DNA from: Scyliorhinus canicula
Lineage: Eukaryota
Direction of reading: 5' to 3'
Length of the DNA: 64,000 nt
Assembly (NCBI RefSeq): GCF_902713615.1
Contig: NC_052153.1
Location: forward strand, 190,998,826 to 191,062,825
The position numbers were made by a program, and so were the translations under genes. Shown here piece by piece: positions 1-14,600 of the stretch (its first letter is position 1; every line of letters begins with the position of its first letter). A model generated the notes under the pieces. The model worked only from the letters and a program-made list of their open reading frames with translations, did not search any database and was not told the origin of the DNA.

Positions 1-2262
1 CTGAATATAATACAGAATATATACTGAATAGAATACAGAATATATACTGAATATAATACAGAATATATACTGAATATAATACAGAATATATCCTGAATAT
101 AATACAGAATATATCCTGAATATAATACAGAATATATACTGAATATAATACAGAATATATCCTGAATATAATACAGAATATATACTGAATATAATACAGA
201 ATATATACTGAATATAATACAGAATATATCCTGAATATAATACAGAATATAACCTGAATATAATACAGAATATATACTGACTATAATACAGAATATATGC
301 TGAATATAATACAGAATATATCCTGAATATAATACAGAATATATCCTGAATATAATACAGAATATATCCTGAATATAATACAGAATATATACTGAATATA
401 ATACAGAATATATCCTGAATATAATACAGACTATATACTGAATATAATACAGAATATATACTGAATATAATACAGAATATATCTTGAATATAATACAGAA
501 TATATACTGAATATAATACAGAATATATACTGAATATAATACAGAATATATATACTGACTATAATACAGAATATATACTGAATATAATACAGAATATATA
601 CTGAATATAATACAGAATATATCTTGAATATAATACAGAATATATACTGAATATAATACAGAATATATACTGAATATAATACAGAATATATATACTGACT
701 ATAATACAGAATATATACTGAATATAATACAGAATATATACTGAATATAATACAGAATATATATACTGACTATAATACAGAATATATACTGAATATAATA
801 CAGAATATATACTGAATATAATACAGAATATATACTGACTATAATACAGAATATATCTTGAATATAATACAGAATATATACTGAATATAATACAGAATAT
901 ATACTGAATATAATACAGAATATATCTTGAATATAATACAGAATATATACTGAATATAATACAGAATATATACTGAATATAATACAGAATATATATACTG
1001 AATATAATACAGAATATATCCTGAATATAATACAGAATATATACTGAATATAATACAGAATATATATACTGAATATAATACAGAATATATACTGAATATA
1101 ATACAGAATATATACTGAATATAATACAGAATATATACTGAATATAATACAGAATATAACCTGAATATAATACAGAATATATGCTGAATATAATACAGAA
1201 TATATCCTGAATATAATACAGAATATATCCTGAATATAATACAGAATATATACTGAATATAATACAGAATATATACTGAATATAATACAGAATATATATA
1301 CTGACTATAATACAGAATATATACTGAATATAATACAGAATATATACTGAATATAATACAGAATATATACTGAATATAATACAGAATATATATACTGAAT
1401 ATAATACAGAATATATACTGAATATAATACAGAATATATACTGAATATAATACAGAATATATACTGAATATAATACAGAATATATATACTGACTATAATA
1501 CAGAATATATACTGAATATAATACAGAATATATCCTGAATATAATACAGAATATATCCTGAATATAATACAGAATATATATACTGAATATAATACAGAAT
1601 ATATATACTGAATATAATACAGAATATATACTGAATATAATACAGAATATACCCTGAATATAATACAGAATATATACTGAATATAATACAGAATATATAT
1701 ACTGAATATAATACAGAATATATACTGAATATAATACAGAATATATATACTGAATATAATACAGAATATATACTGAATATAATACAGAATATATATACTG
1801 AATATAATACAGAATATATACTGAATATAATACAGAATATATCCTGAATATAATACAGAATATATACTGAATATAATACAGAATATATACTGAATATAAT
1901 ACAGAATATATATACTGAATATAATACAGAATATATACTGAATATAATACAGAATATATCCTGAATATAATACAGAATATATACTGAATATAATACAGAA
2001 TATATACTGAATATAATACAGAATATATACTGAATATAATACAGAATATATATACTGAATATAATACAGAATATATACTGAATATAATACAGAATATATC
2101 CTGAATATAATACAGAATATATACTGAATATAATACAGAATATATACTGAATATAATACAGAATATATATACTGAATATAATACAGAATATATACTGAAT
2201 ATAATACAGAATATATATACTGAATATAATACAGAATATATACTGAATATAATACAGAATAT
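1..2262. repeat. AT-rich minisatellite, 23-bp unit CTGAATATAATACAGAATATATA with 25-bp and point variants; runs off the window start
   Basis: Unit read directly (second copy starts at 24). About 95 copies. The 320-aa minus ORF 1305-2267 is just its translation. Confidence 0.98.
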
Positions 2263-2653
2263 CTCACCAGATGACCTGCGGTTAAAGACCTTTCTCCCTC
2301 CAGTCAGGTCAACCTGCGGAAGGACCTAGTCCAGCGCCACCTGCTGGAAGAAGGGGTTGTTTAAAACCTAGTGAAATCCTCAGGTGAAGAATTCCAATAT
2401 TACCTCAATGGGTCTGAGGGTTAGACTGGCTGAGGTCCTACAAATGCAAGTGACTCTCTGGCGGGAACTCTACCACCTCCATGTTCTAATTGAGGACAAC
2501 CATTAGGAAAGGCAAACCAGCTGAGGAGATTGACGCCTTGCATTCTTGGGAGATCGCGGACCACAAAAACAACCTCAGCAACGATGATCCTCAAATCTTT
2601 TACCTCTTAATCCCTGCAATGTGGTTTTGGGATTAGTTAGACTAGTAGACCAT

Positions 2654-3258
2654 GGGCGGGATTCTCCGACCCCCCGCCGGGCCAGAGAATCAGCAAGGGG
2701 CGGCGTGAATCCCACCCCGCCGCTGGCTGCCGAATTCTCCGGCGCCGGATTTCGGGCGGGGGCGGGGTTCATGGCGTGCTAATCGGGGGCCGTTGGCAGC
2801 GGCCCCCCACCCGGAAATTCTCTGGGCCCCGAAGGGCTGAGCGGCCGCCCGTTCCCGCCGGCGTGAAATAGACGTGGTCCATCACAGCGGGACCTGGCTT
2901 GTCGGCCATCTAGCGGGATCCTCGGGGGGGGGGGGCGCGGGAGGACCCGGCCTCGGAAAGGGGGGAGGGCCACGGTGGCGTAGCCCTTGACGGGTGGGCT
3001 CTGTAGGGCTCCGCCATGGCCGGTGCAGAGAAGAAACCACCTGCACATGCGTAAGAACACGCTGGCGGTTCTGCGCATGCGCGGGACCACGACCATCCTT
3101 CAGCGCCGGTTGGCGTGGCGCCAACCCCTCCGGCGCCAGCCTAGCCCCCGGAAGTGCGGTGGATTCCACAACTTCTGGGTGGCCCGACGCCGGAGTGGTT
3201 CGCGCCGTTCTTGGCGCCAGCGTCAGGCCATCCCGCCGATTGTGACAGGATCCCGCCC
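2654..3258. mobile_element. GC-rich non-autonomous DNA transposon (MITE, probably PIF/Harbinger)
   Basis: Ends GGGCGGGATTCTCC ... GGATCCCGCCC. Same family as 44932-45613 and 50338-50741. No clean TSD on this copy. Confidence 0.65.
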
Positions 3259-3319
3259 AACCATTGTTCCGTTATTTCCATTAAATGATCATCTTTTACC
3301 CTTTTCTTTTTCTCTTGTT

Positions 3320-3950
3320 TTAAATTAAAGTACCCAATGAATTTTTTTCCAATTAAGTGGCAATTTAGCGTGGCCAATCCATCTACCTTCAGGTTGTGGG
3401 GGTGAAACCCACGCAGATGTCATGATGGGCACTCATGCACATAATGAGATACAGACAGGCAGTGACAGACAACCAGTACAGCCAATCAACACACAGGACA
3501 GAACACAACCAATCATCAGGCAGAACACTAGAAGGTGGTTTCCCACTATAAAACACATGAGGCATCAACACTCTGCCTCTTTCCACTGGTGACAACTGTA
3601 GTGACAGTCAGGGTGTGTATATCATTTAGCACCTTCTACAAGTGGCTCAGAGCTAGCCTGGTCTAGTTAGTTACAGTAAGCACGCTTAGATTAGTAGTGT
3701 CAAACCCACAGCGAACTGTGTGCACTGCTTAACAAGTTCAATAAAGCGTATTGAACCAACACCATAGTTTGGAGTCTACTTTCAAGTACAACTGCATCCA
3801 GTTGCAGTCCATGTTTCCCCAGGATGATTAACACGACAGCAGACACGGGGAGAATGTGCAAACTCCACACGGACAGTGACCCAGAGCCGGGATCGAACCT
3901 GGGACGTGCGGCGCCGTGAGGCAGCAGGGCTAACCCATTGTGCTGCCGTG
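3320..3950 (-). mobile_element. HE1-like tRNA-derived V-SINE, split by a solo LTR
   Basis: Reverse complement of the SINE body seen many times in the window (GTGCAAACTCCACACGGACAGTGACCC...CTGCTGCCGTGC). Confidence 0.8.
3418..3838 (+). mobile_element. Solo LTR (421 bp)
   Basis: TG...CA termini, 5-bp TSD GCAGA (3413-3417 and 3839-3843), two CCAAT boxes, TATAAAA near 3547, AATAAA near 3740. Confidence 0.9.
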
Positions 3951-4084
3951 CTTCCCTTCATCTTTTGCTCTTGTGATAAATAAACCATTAAAGATTTCAG
4001 AATACACAAATTATTGGGTTAATTCACTTATGTTGGGACTCTGGGGTCAGTGGGACTGGAACTGACCGCGTGCTCACCCAGGGT

Positions 4085-5195
4085 GTCATTACAATATTCA
4101 GTGATTTGGCCTCCACATCTGTCGGGGATGGAGAATTCCACTGGTTCACCACCCTCTGGGTGAGGACGTTTCTCCTCATCTAAGTCCTAAATGGCCTATC
4201 CCGAATCCTGAGACTCTGACCCCCTGCTCCAGACACCCCTCCCCCCAGCCAGAGGAAACAACATCGCTGTATCCAGGCTGCCCAGCCCTGTCAGAGTTGT
4301 ATACAATTCAATTAGACCCCCTCTCATTCTTCTAAACTCCAGTGAATACAGGCCTAGTCGACCCAATCTTTCCGAATCCAACAATCCTGCCATCACAGGA
4401 ATCAATCATTTGAATCCTCACTGCACATTCTCCATGGTAAGTATATCCTTTCTAAGGTCTGGAGATTCCAGGCCATAAGGCCTAGGAGCAGAATTAGGCC
4501 ACTCGGCCCATCGAGTCTGCTCCGCCATTCAATCGTGGCTGATATTTTCTCATCCCCATTCTCCTGTCTTCTCCCCTTAACCCCTGATCCCCTTATTAAA
4601 TCAATGACCTATCTATCTCTGTCTTAAAGACACTCAGTGAATTTGCCTCCACAGCCTTCTGCGGCAAAGAGTTCCACAGATTCCCCACCCTCTGGCTGAA
4701 GAAATTCCTCCTCATCTCTGTTTTAAAGGATCGTCCCTTTAGTCTGAGATGGTGTCCTCTGGTTCTAGTTTTTCCGACAAGTGGAAACATCCTCTCCACG
4801 TCCACTCTATCCAGGCCTCGCAGTATCCTGTAAGTTTCAATAAGATCCACCCTCATCCTTCTAAACTCCAACGCGTACAGACCCAGAGTCCTCAAATGTT
4901 CCTCATACGACAAGTTCTTCATTCCAGGGATCATTCTGGACCCTTTCCAAGGCCAGCACATATTTCCTTAGATACGGGGCCCAAAACAACCACAATACTC
5001 CAAATGGGGTCTGACCAGAGCCTTATACAGCCTCAGAAGTACATCCCTGCTCTTGTATTCTAGCCCTTTTGATGTGAATGCTAACATTGCATTTGCCTTC
5101 TTAACTGCCGACTGAACCTGCAGATTAACCTTAAGAGAATCGTGAACAAGGACTCCCAAGTCCCTTTGTGCTTCTGATTTCCGAAGCATATTCCC
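4085..5195 (-). mobile_element. CR1 LINE 3' fragments (two)
   Basis: Minus ORFs LGLYALEFRRMRVDLIETY..., FFSQRVGNLWNSLP, RPHLEYC: CR1 ORF2 C-terminus and 3' UTR. Confidence 0.9.
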
Positions 5196-5279
5196 ATTTT
5201 CCAGGCCAATCCTCGAGGGTTAGAACCCCTACCTTTGAGCTCAGTTAAGTGTTAAACTGACATCTTTGTGTCTTCACAG

Positions 5280-5669
5280 ATAAGAGTGAGAATCAGTGGA
5301 GCATGGAGACACCAGATGAGGTGACGGGTAGGGAAGGAAAGGCCACTGTTCTCTTCTGCAAGTTCACTCACCCCCACCTACAATATGAAGGCAACATCAC
5401 AGTCATATGGAAGGTGAAAGAAGTAAAATTATTTACTTACACAAATTATCCAGCACCAAACTCAAAGAGTAGTAGGTTTGAGAATCTGATCAACCAGAAT
5501 TTTAAGGAGCGTTTCGCAGCGATGGGAAACCCGAGGAAGAATGATGCTTCAATAATCATCAAAAAGCTGAAGGATAAAGACACAAGAAGAGAATATATTT
5601 GCCGAGTGGAGCTGAACGGGATAGACGGAGCAAAATATCAGTTAGCGCATGGAGCTCTCAAGATGACAG
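5280..5669 (+). CDS. Exon: N-terminal V-set Ig domain, Siglec-15-like, essential Arg present (YICRVEL)
   Basis: Acceptor tcttcacAG, donor G/GTAAGG, 390 nt. [51 protein letters not shown] parallels human Siglec-15 WSMQVPPEV..LPCTFTHPHRHYDGPLTAIW..RFRLLGNPRRNDLSL..YFCRVEF (recalled sequence). Confidence 0.92.
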
Positions 5670-8600
5670 GTAAGGAACAATTCAAACTAGATAGAAGATT
5701 ATAGTAAATTAAATCCAACACAAACACATGTCTTTAAGAGCTCGTTCTTGGGTTCTGGGCAATACTGACATTGATTCGAGGGGAGGCAGTGGAGTAGTGG
5801 TATTGTTGCTGGACCAGTAACCCAGAGACCCAGAGTCATGGTCTGGGGTCCCGGGTTTGAATCCCGTCCTGGCAGATGGCGAAATTCAATAAAGATCTTG
5901 AATTAGAAGTGTAAAGGTAAGCATGAAACCATTGTCGATTGTCGTAAAAACCCATCTGGTTCACCAATGTCCTTTAGGGAAGGAAATCTGCCGTCCTTAC
6001 CCGGTCTGGCCTACATGTGACTCCAGGCCCCACAGCGATGTGGTTGACTCTTAAATGCCCTCAGGGATGGGCAATAAATGCTGGTCCAGCCAGCGACGCC
6101 CACATCCCATGAACAAATTTTAAAAACGAATTGCCCATCCCAGGAAGATTATGGGGCATCTTCTTCCCAAATCGCTGATGGTGCACTGGACCATTGGGAG
6201 TCAACAGTTTTTAGTGTGGAACTGGTTGATCCTTAACTCGGATGGTACAAGGCAAACTAGACGTCTGACAACATTTCTGATTCCACTTATTGCTCATCCC
6301 GAGTGGCCTTGTGAAAGTGGCGATTGAACCGGATGGCTCACATTGACACTGTGATTGGGTTGGAGAGTTGGGAGATGTACACATCATGAAGAAATCTAAA
6401 ACTGATTAAATATTGACTCCTGGTCTCTCCTTCACTGATTGGCTGTAAGAGGTTTCACGTGATGGCAGAGAATGGTTACCTAAAGGTGAAGGTTGGAAAT
6501 TAAGGGCGTCATCTAACCGAATTGTCGCAGAGTCCTGTGTCGAACGCGTTTATCCGGGGGTTTCCTGGAGTTCGCAGTGCCGAGAAAGACCAGGCTCTCG
6601 AACAGGATTTTGTAGCAATCCAGGGCCTCGGTGGGAATGCGTCTCCAAGGCTGCACTTAGTCCCTTTCCCTGTCACTCAGGTTCTCCCCTCGTCAGAACT
6701 CCTCGGTGCAGGAGGAGACCTCTCGAACCTCTCCCCCGATGCGATTCCCTGACCGCTCTAAACCCCTCACCTACATGGAGATCCTAGAGGCCCCCACCCA
6801 CCCACTCAGCACATCAAATGAGCAGGGCACCCCTGGGCTTGATCCCAGCACCGGAAAAATGTAAACCTGGGCAGGGTGCCACCCTGTCTGGAGAACAACC
6901 CCCTGGAGGCCTCCAATCCCTGGGAGTTGCCCCCCAGGTGCCATTCCGTCTGGACCCCGTTTGTGGGGACCAGTATTGAACGGCGCTCGCCTGAGGTCTC
7001 TGAAGGGAAGGGGTTAAATCCCAGAGACTCGGGGAGATCAGGCAAGTGTAAGATTAGCTGCTCACTCTAATGTACAGATTTGCCAGATTGCAAAGACTCA
7101 TGAGATCCCGTTTGACCTCGCGAGGCATGGCGAGCGGGGTAAATCACGGAAGAGGGATATTCCGGCATCTACCGGCCACACCGCAGCCTTGTTTGCCCGA
7201 GCAGAGGCGCGTCCGGTATATCACACCCTAAGAAATAGAACAACTAAGGTGGAAGATCACCATCTGAGTAGCTTTCGTGAAGAATGTTTGGAAGCGAGTG
7301 TTAAATTGTCAGAGTCTGAATATTCGCTGATTGTATCAGAGTCTGAACATTGTAACCAGTGGATGAAGTGGAAATGTAGACACGGGTTACACACTTCCCA
7401 AGGATAAAACACGGTGTAAACTTGGTATTGTCACTTCTAAACAAAAGGACAATTCGGAGGAAAGTGTTTTGTGAGCTGGATGTCAGATACTGATGAGGGT
7501 TTGGAACTTCTATTAAGTTTCCTGCTTGAAATTTAGCAGGGTGCCTGCGGGACACGGTCCGAGTCTGATGGATTTGGATGGGCGACGGGCGTTCCATGGG
7601 GGAATATATCATGGACTTTAACAGACTGTGTAGAAGATTGAAGAAACTCAATTTGGAGATTCCTTGCTCTGTGCTCACATTTAAATTGCTGGAGTTTGCG
7701 GCGCTGTTGCATACGGACAGACAACTGCTCTTCCAATGGGGTTCAGTACTCGGAAAGAGACTCCCTTTTGACATAGACATAGAATTTACAGCGCGGAAGG
7801 AGGCCATTCGGCCCATCGAGTCAGCAGCAGCCCTTGGAAAGAGAATGCTACCTAAGTCCACCCCTCCACCCCATCCCCGTAACCCAATAACTCCACCAAA
7901 CCATGTTGGACATTCAGGGCAATTTAACATGGCTATTCCACCTAACCTGCACATCTTTGGACTGTGGAGGAAACCGGAGCACCCGGAGGAAACCCACGCA
8001 CACACGGGGAGAACGTGCAGACTCTGCACAGACAGTGACCCAAGTGGGAATCAAACCTGGGACCCTGGCGCTGTGAAGCCACAAGTTCTACGTTCTATGT
8101 TCTATGGTTTTATTTAACTGTACAGTGTTCAACAATGATCGCACCTCGAAAGTATACAAAGAACAAAGAATATTACAACACAGAAATGGGCATTTGGCCT
8201 TCCAAGCCTGTACTGGCCATGATACCCCCCCTTTGCCAAAACCCTCAGCACTTCCTTGTGCCGTGTCCCTCTATATCCATCCTATCCATGTGTTTGTCAA
8301 GATGTCTTTTGAACGCTGTTAATGCATCTGTTTCCACAACCTCCCCTGGCAATGCGTTCCAGGCACTCACCACCCTCCGGGAAAAAACCTGACTCCCACA
8401 TCTCCTCTAAACTTTACCCCACGGACCTTAACCAATGCCCCCTGGTGACTGACCCCTCCAACCTGGGAAATAATGTCTGCCCATCCATTCTATCCATGCC
8501 CCTCATAATCTTGTAGACCTCGATCAGGTCACCCCTCAACCTCTTCTGTTCTAGTGAAAACAGTCCGAATCTATTCAGCCTCTCTGCATAGCTAACGCCC

Positions 8601-11600
8601 TCCAGACCAGGCACCATCCTAGTAAGCCTCCTCTGCACCCTCTCCAAAGCTTCCACATCCTTCTGGTAGTGTGGAGACCAGAATTGTGTGCGATATTCCA
8701 AGTGCGGCTTTACCAAGGTTCTATACAACCAGGGGCTGGTTTAGCTCACAAGGCTAAATCGCTGGCTTTTAAAGCAGACCAAGCAGGCCAGCAGCACGGT
8801 TCAATTCCCGTACCAGCCTCCCCGGACAGGTGCCGGAATGTGGCGACTAGGGGCTTTTCACAGTAACCTCATTGAAGCCTACTCGTGACAATAAGCGATT
8901 TTCATTTCATTTCATTTCATACAACTGTAGCATGACTTGCCAGTTTTAATACTCAATGCTCCGTCCAATGAATGCAGGCATTCTGTATGTTTTCTTGATT
9001 ACCTTGTCCACTTGTGTTGCCATTTTCAAAGATCTGTGGTCCTGCACGCTAAGATCTCTCTGACTTTCTATATTCCTAAGAGTTTTGTCATTTATGGTAT
9101 ATTTTCACTCTATGTTAGACCTACCAAAATACATTACCTCACATTTGTCTGGATTAAACTCCATTTGCCATTTTTCTGCTCAAGTCGCCAACCTATCTAT
9201 GTCCTGCTGTATCCTCTGACAATCCTCAACACTATCTGCCACTCCACCAACCTTGGTGTCATCAGCGAATTTACTAATCAGACCGGCTACATTTTCCTCC
9301 AAATCGTTTATGTATACTACAAACAACAGAGGCCCCAGCACAGATCGCTGTGGAACCCCACTAGCCACAACCTTTCATTCAGAAAAACACCCTTCAACTA
9401 CCACCCTTTGCCTTCTGTGACCTAGCCAGTTCTGTATCCATCTTACCACCTCACGTCTGATCCTGTGTGACTTCACCTTTAGTACCAATCTGCCATGAGG
9501 CACCTTGTCAAAGGCTTTACTGAAGTCCATGTAAACAACATCCACCACCCTCCCCTCATCAATCATCTTTGTTACCTCCTCAAAAACCTCAATCAAGTTA
9601 GTGAGGCACGATCTCCCCTTCACAAAACCATGCTGTCTATCGCTAATGAGTCCATTTGTTTCCAAATGAGTATAAATCCTGTCCCTGAGAATTCTGTCCA
9701 ATAATTCACCTGCAACCGTTGTGAGGCTCACCGGCCTATATTTTCCTGGATTATCCCTGCTACCTTTCTTAAACAGCGGGACCACATTAGCTATTCTCCA
9801 GTCCTCTAGGATCTCACCTGCAGCCAATGAGGATACAAAGATGTCAGAGATGAGAATATTTTTGATTCATTGAGTTGTGATTGGGAATGTGCTGTCTGAA
9901 AGGACAATGGAGCAGATTTAAATCATAACTTTTGTTATTTGGATATCAATTGTGTTTAATTATATGCAAGTGGAGGTTTTACTTTGATCACTTCTAAAGG
10001 AACAAGGCTATTGTGTTAGGAGATATATGATTTTGATTCTGTAGTTCAATACAAAACTAAGTAAATATTGGCTCCAGTATCATCCTTCACTAATAGCTTT
10101 CAAATGGGAAATTACCAGACTGATATTTACATCTTTATTACTCTGCTTGCTGTGAGGGGGTCGAGAGACATTGAGAGTAATGGAAGTATATTGCTGTCCA
10201 GTCTAGGCAGGCTGAGAGTGGAGTTGTCCTGGTCTTATCCAATGGTGCTCTAAAAACCACCTGGCCAACCCATATACATTTCCCCAAGTCACATGTTCCA
10301 TCAGAGTTGGCAGGAAATTCACTCCAATGGAGGAGGAGTTGACCCATCTTATCACAGAGCTCCATCCGTTTAGCACTTTCACCCTTGTGTTTAAATCCCT
10401 CCATGGCCTTTTTTTTATATCTCGTTGTTGTAATCATATCCAGGTCAATTTCCCTCCAAAATCTCAGAACTTTTCCAATCCCAACTTATGCCTTTCTCAC
10501 TTCCTAAAGGCAACTATTGACTTCCCTGTGTTTATATAAATGTCAGTTGGTGTTGTTTGCCTTTGGTGTTCTAATTAAAATAATCTTTATTATTCCCACA
10601 AGTAGACTGTTCGGGTACACAGAGGGAGAAGTCAGAATGTCCAATTTGTTTAGCTGCTGTTGTATAAAGAATCAAAAGTTCTACTCCTTCTCACAAACTC
10701 CTTTAATTTCCTTTAACACAACTCTGTACAAAAACTCTATCATCACAACTCTATACAAAAACTCTATCATCACAACTCTGTACAAAAACTCTATCATCAC
10801 AACTCTGTACAAAAACTCTATCATCACATCACATGCCCCAAAGGCCACCTGAAGCTTCTTTACATATCAGTGTCAATGACTGGATACTTAACATAAATGA
10901 GACATTTAATTGGAATGTCTCTTAACCCATTCCTTAACAGTCTCCCCTTCCTTAAAGAAAAAAAATAATTTGGTGGAAATAAAATTACAAGAAATTCAAA
11001 AACACACGCTATTTCCCTTGTTTTGTTTTTGGAAGGAAAAAAAAAACAAAGTCACAGAAACAGGCGCCCTTCATTCACAATATCCAAAAGTTTCTGTGAA
11101 CTAGCCTCTCTTTTTGTCAAACAGTCTGACAATTGATAGCTACTGTCGACCCAATTAATTTTTGCTATCTCCCCTCTGTCCAACATCTGCTTCAAACTTG
11201 CGATGTCTATCCGTAACCTTTTCTCACTGACACTTTTTGTAGAGTGCACATTTTCCCACAGGGATTTATTGTCAATGTGACAGTCAATAGATATATTACC
11301 CAAATCCCCTAATCCCAAAAGGTCTGTCAATATCTGACTTATATAAAATGCCGTATCCACCGCCTCGACAAGACTTAACGCCTCAACAGCCAAAGTGCTT
11401 TTGACCACTCTCCTTATTTTCTTTGTTTCCCACACAAGAGGGTAACATTTACCATTGTTCCCCAAAAGGAAAATTATAAAACCTCCTGCGCTTGAAGCCC
11501 CATCACGTAAATTTGCATAGGACGCATCATTATAAACTATGAGTTTGATTTGCCTACGGTCACCTAAAACCGGGAACCTCAAAACACACTCCTGCATTTT

Positions 11601-14600
11601 TAGTTTGGCCAACACTTTATTTGCTCTTGTTATGTCTTCCACTTTGGGATTATTCATTTTTGTACTCAACTCTAAGACATCAAAACTCACGTCCGGTCTA
11701 GTCTGTCTTCCTAACCAATTCAGTTGCCCAATTAAACTTCTCAGTTGCTCTTTTTCCATCTTTGAAACCACTGCATCTTTTTGTGAAACCCGGCCACGAC
11801 TAATTGCTATTGGGCTGATGCTTTCCAAATGAGATTGCTGACGTAAAGTTGCCCCTAATTTAGTCTGTCCGATTTCCAGTCCAATATATTTAAATGCACC
11901 GGAAGCCTGACTTCCAATCCTGAATTCTTTCCTCAAACCAGAGATTACTATAGCTTCAAAATCACTAATCCCACCCCACAAAAAATCATCGGTGTGCATC
12001 ATACAGACGCCAGAAAGATTTCCTTTATAGTGCCAGTAAAACATTGCCGGATCTGCTTTAAACTAGCAACAGTCTAACTTTAACAAAACAGACCTAACCG
12101 AAAAATACCAGACTCCAGATGCATCATTTAATCCATATACACATTTGTTCAACTTCCACAGTAACCCTTCTGTGTTAGCTGCTTCTTTAGGAGAAAAATG
12201 TCTCTCTGGAGCTGATGCCCCTGCAAAAAGGCAGCTTTCATATCTATAGATTTGCATTCCCATGCCTTTGTGGCTAATAGAGCCAAGAAGATCTTTAAAA
12301 TAACCTTTCCTGCTATAGGTGAATCTATCCTTAAATCCTGATCTTCTAAGTTTTCTTCAAATCTCCTTGCCACAAGCCTGGCCTTTGCCTTATAAGTTCC
12401 ATCTGGAAGAACCTTTTCCGTGCAAATCCATCTGTGGGATAGAGCTCTTTGTCCCCTATTCGGTACTTCTGTGTATACCCCAAATTCACTCCAACTATGC
12501 AGGTCTTGCCGTTTGGCATCTTTGATAACTTTTTCATCTAATTTATTGGAAGCCACAAAAATCTCACGTGTATGTGGGCTTCTACTACAAGTAGTATTTA
12601 TAGTCTTACCCATGTTCCGAGACCTTGATAAACTACGTCCACTATGGTATCTCGTTCTGTACTGTTACTGCTTGATCTTTCCCTACTGCTGTGTGTCATG
12701 AGAATGTCACTTTAAGAAATGTTTGGCTGCTCATGTTACTGCAGTGATGTCAGAGTGTGGCTGGAGCTGAGCTCTGGCTCTGCTTTTTAGTTTCACTTTG
12801 AGAAAAGCTTGGGTGTGTCTGTTTGTTGTGGTTTTGTTTCAGTGTTGGAGCTGCGGTCAGCCACAGAAGGTGTAATGCTATTCTCTCTGCCATGTAAAGA
12901 CTATCTCTTGATCATTTGGGGAATTCAGAGGGATAACTGTTCTCAGCAGTGAATTTAAACCGGATTTGCTTCTGTTAAAAGTTTTTTTTAAAGTCTTATG
13001 GATGTAAAAATGAAAGTAAGGATTACTAAGTGTTGTATTCTTTGGGGGATGTATTTGAATTGATGGTTGCTAAGATGTTCACTGTATGTTTTAAAAAGGT
13101 TAACTTGAGTTCATAGAATAAACATTGTTTTGCTTTACAAATTACTGTTAGATGTCTGCTGCACCACACCTGTAGAGTGGGCCGTGTGCTCCCCATACCA
13201 CAATCAATTAAAAGTTGTGGGTCAAGTGAACTCCATGATACACTTTGGAGTTCTCGAAACCCTGGCCCATAACAAATTGGGGGCTCGAGGGGGATAGAAG
13301 TCTATCTATTGGATTGGCTTAGTGAACTTAAAGACAGTGAGGGGTGAGCATATAGTGGTTGCTTTTCAGGTGTGGTATTCCAGTTTAAGTGGGGAGTGTG
13401 TTGTGGACAATGGCTCTTTCAGAGGCTCTGAGGTTTTTGGGGGTGGAGACGGTCACACGCAGTAACTTACAGACAGAGACTAAAAGCAGACTGTTAGATT
13501 TGGCAAAAACATTGCAGTTAACATTACTTGACAAAATGCAAAAAGATGAAGTAATTGTGGCATTGGCTAAGCATTTAAAGTTCCCTGAGATATAGTTTGA
13601 CTCATTGGAAATGGAAAAAATTCAGTTACAAATTAAACAAATGGAAAATGAGAAAGAATTAAAGCAGCTTGAATACAAAAGGGAGAGAGAGGAAAAAGAA
13701 AGAGAGAAAGAGTTTGAACTTCGGAAAATGGCCATGAAACATGACAGTCAGTTAAAATTGGCAGATTTAAAGGGAAATGTACAGTTTGAGGAGAGTGATG
13801 AGGATAGTGAGAAAGAGCGTCAAAGTCGAAGGCTTGGTGGGGATCTATTTAAATATGTCCAAGCATTGCCAAGATTTGACGAGAAGGAGATAGAAGCCTT
13901 TTTCATTTCATTTGAGAAGGTAGCTAAACAAATGAAATGGCCACAGAACATGTGGGTATTGCTGATTCAAACAAAGCTGGTAGGTAGGGCTAATGAAGTG
14001 TTTGCATCACTACCGGAGGAGGTATCTGGGACGTGTGAGGAGGTGAAAAATCCATCTTAGGTGCACATGTACTAGTGCCTGAAGCCTACAGACAAAGGTT
14101 TAGAAATTTAAGGAAAGAATTTGGTCAAACATACATGGAGTTTGAAAGGCTCAGAGTAATTTTGATCGGTGGATAAGGGCTTTGAAAATAGACCAAACGT
14201 ATGAAGCTCTCAGAGAAATTATACTTTTGGAGGAGTTTAAAAATTCAATTCCTGATGTAGTGAGAACTCATGTGGAAGAACAGAGGGTTAAAACTGCAAG
14301 ATTAGCAGCAGAAATGGCAGATGATTATGAATTAGTTCATAAATCGAAGCTTGGTTTCCGACATCAGTTTCAGCCTGTGAGGGATAGAAACTGGGGACAT
14401 GAGAAATACCCAACTGGGAGAGGCAAAGGTGATCTGATGGGAGATAATAAGGAGAGTGTATCTCAGATTAAAAAAGAAATCCAGGAGGGTGGAAAAGAAA
14501 TGAAAAGTTTCAAATGTTTTTACTGTAATGAACTAGGTCATGTAAAGTCACAGTGTTGGTGGTTGAAGAAAAGCACTGGGAAGGCAGATGTGGTAAAACA

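Noticed and set aside
1-2262. CRISPR-like regular repeat
   Set aside because: Head-to-tail units with no unique spacers; eukaryotic context.
1305-2267. 320-aa Tyr/Ile-rich minus ORF
   Set aside because: Translation of the 23-bp satellite; no coding signal.
6480-7190. Non-repeat-looking GC-moderate stretch with small ORFs
   Set aside because: No recognisable domain or splice pattern; the right end resembles MITE sub-terminal sequence; left unassigned.
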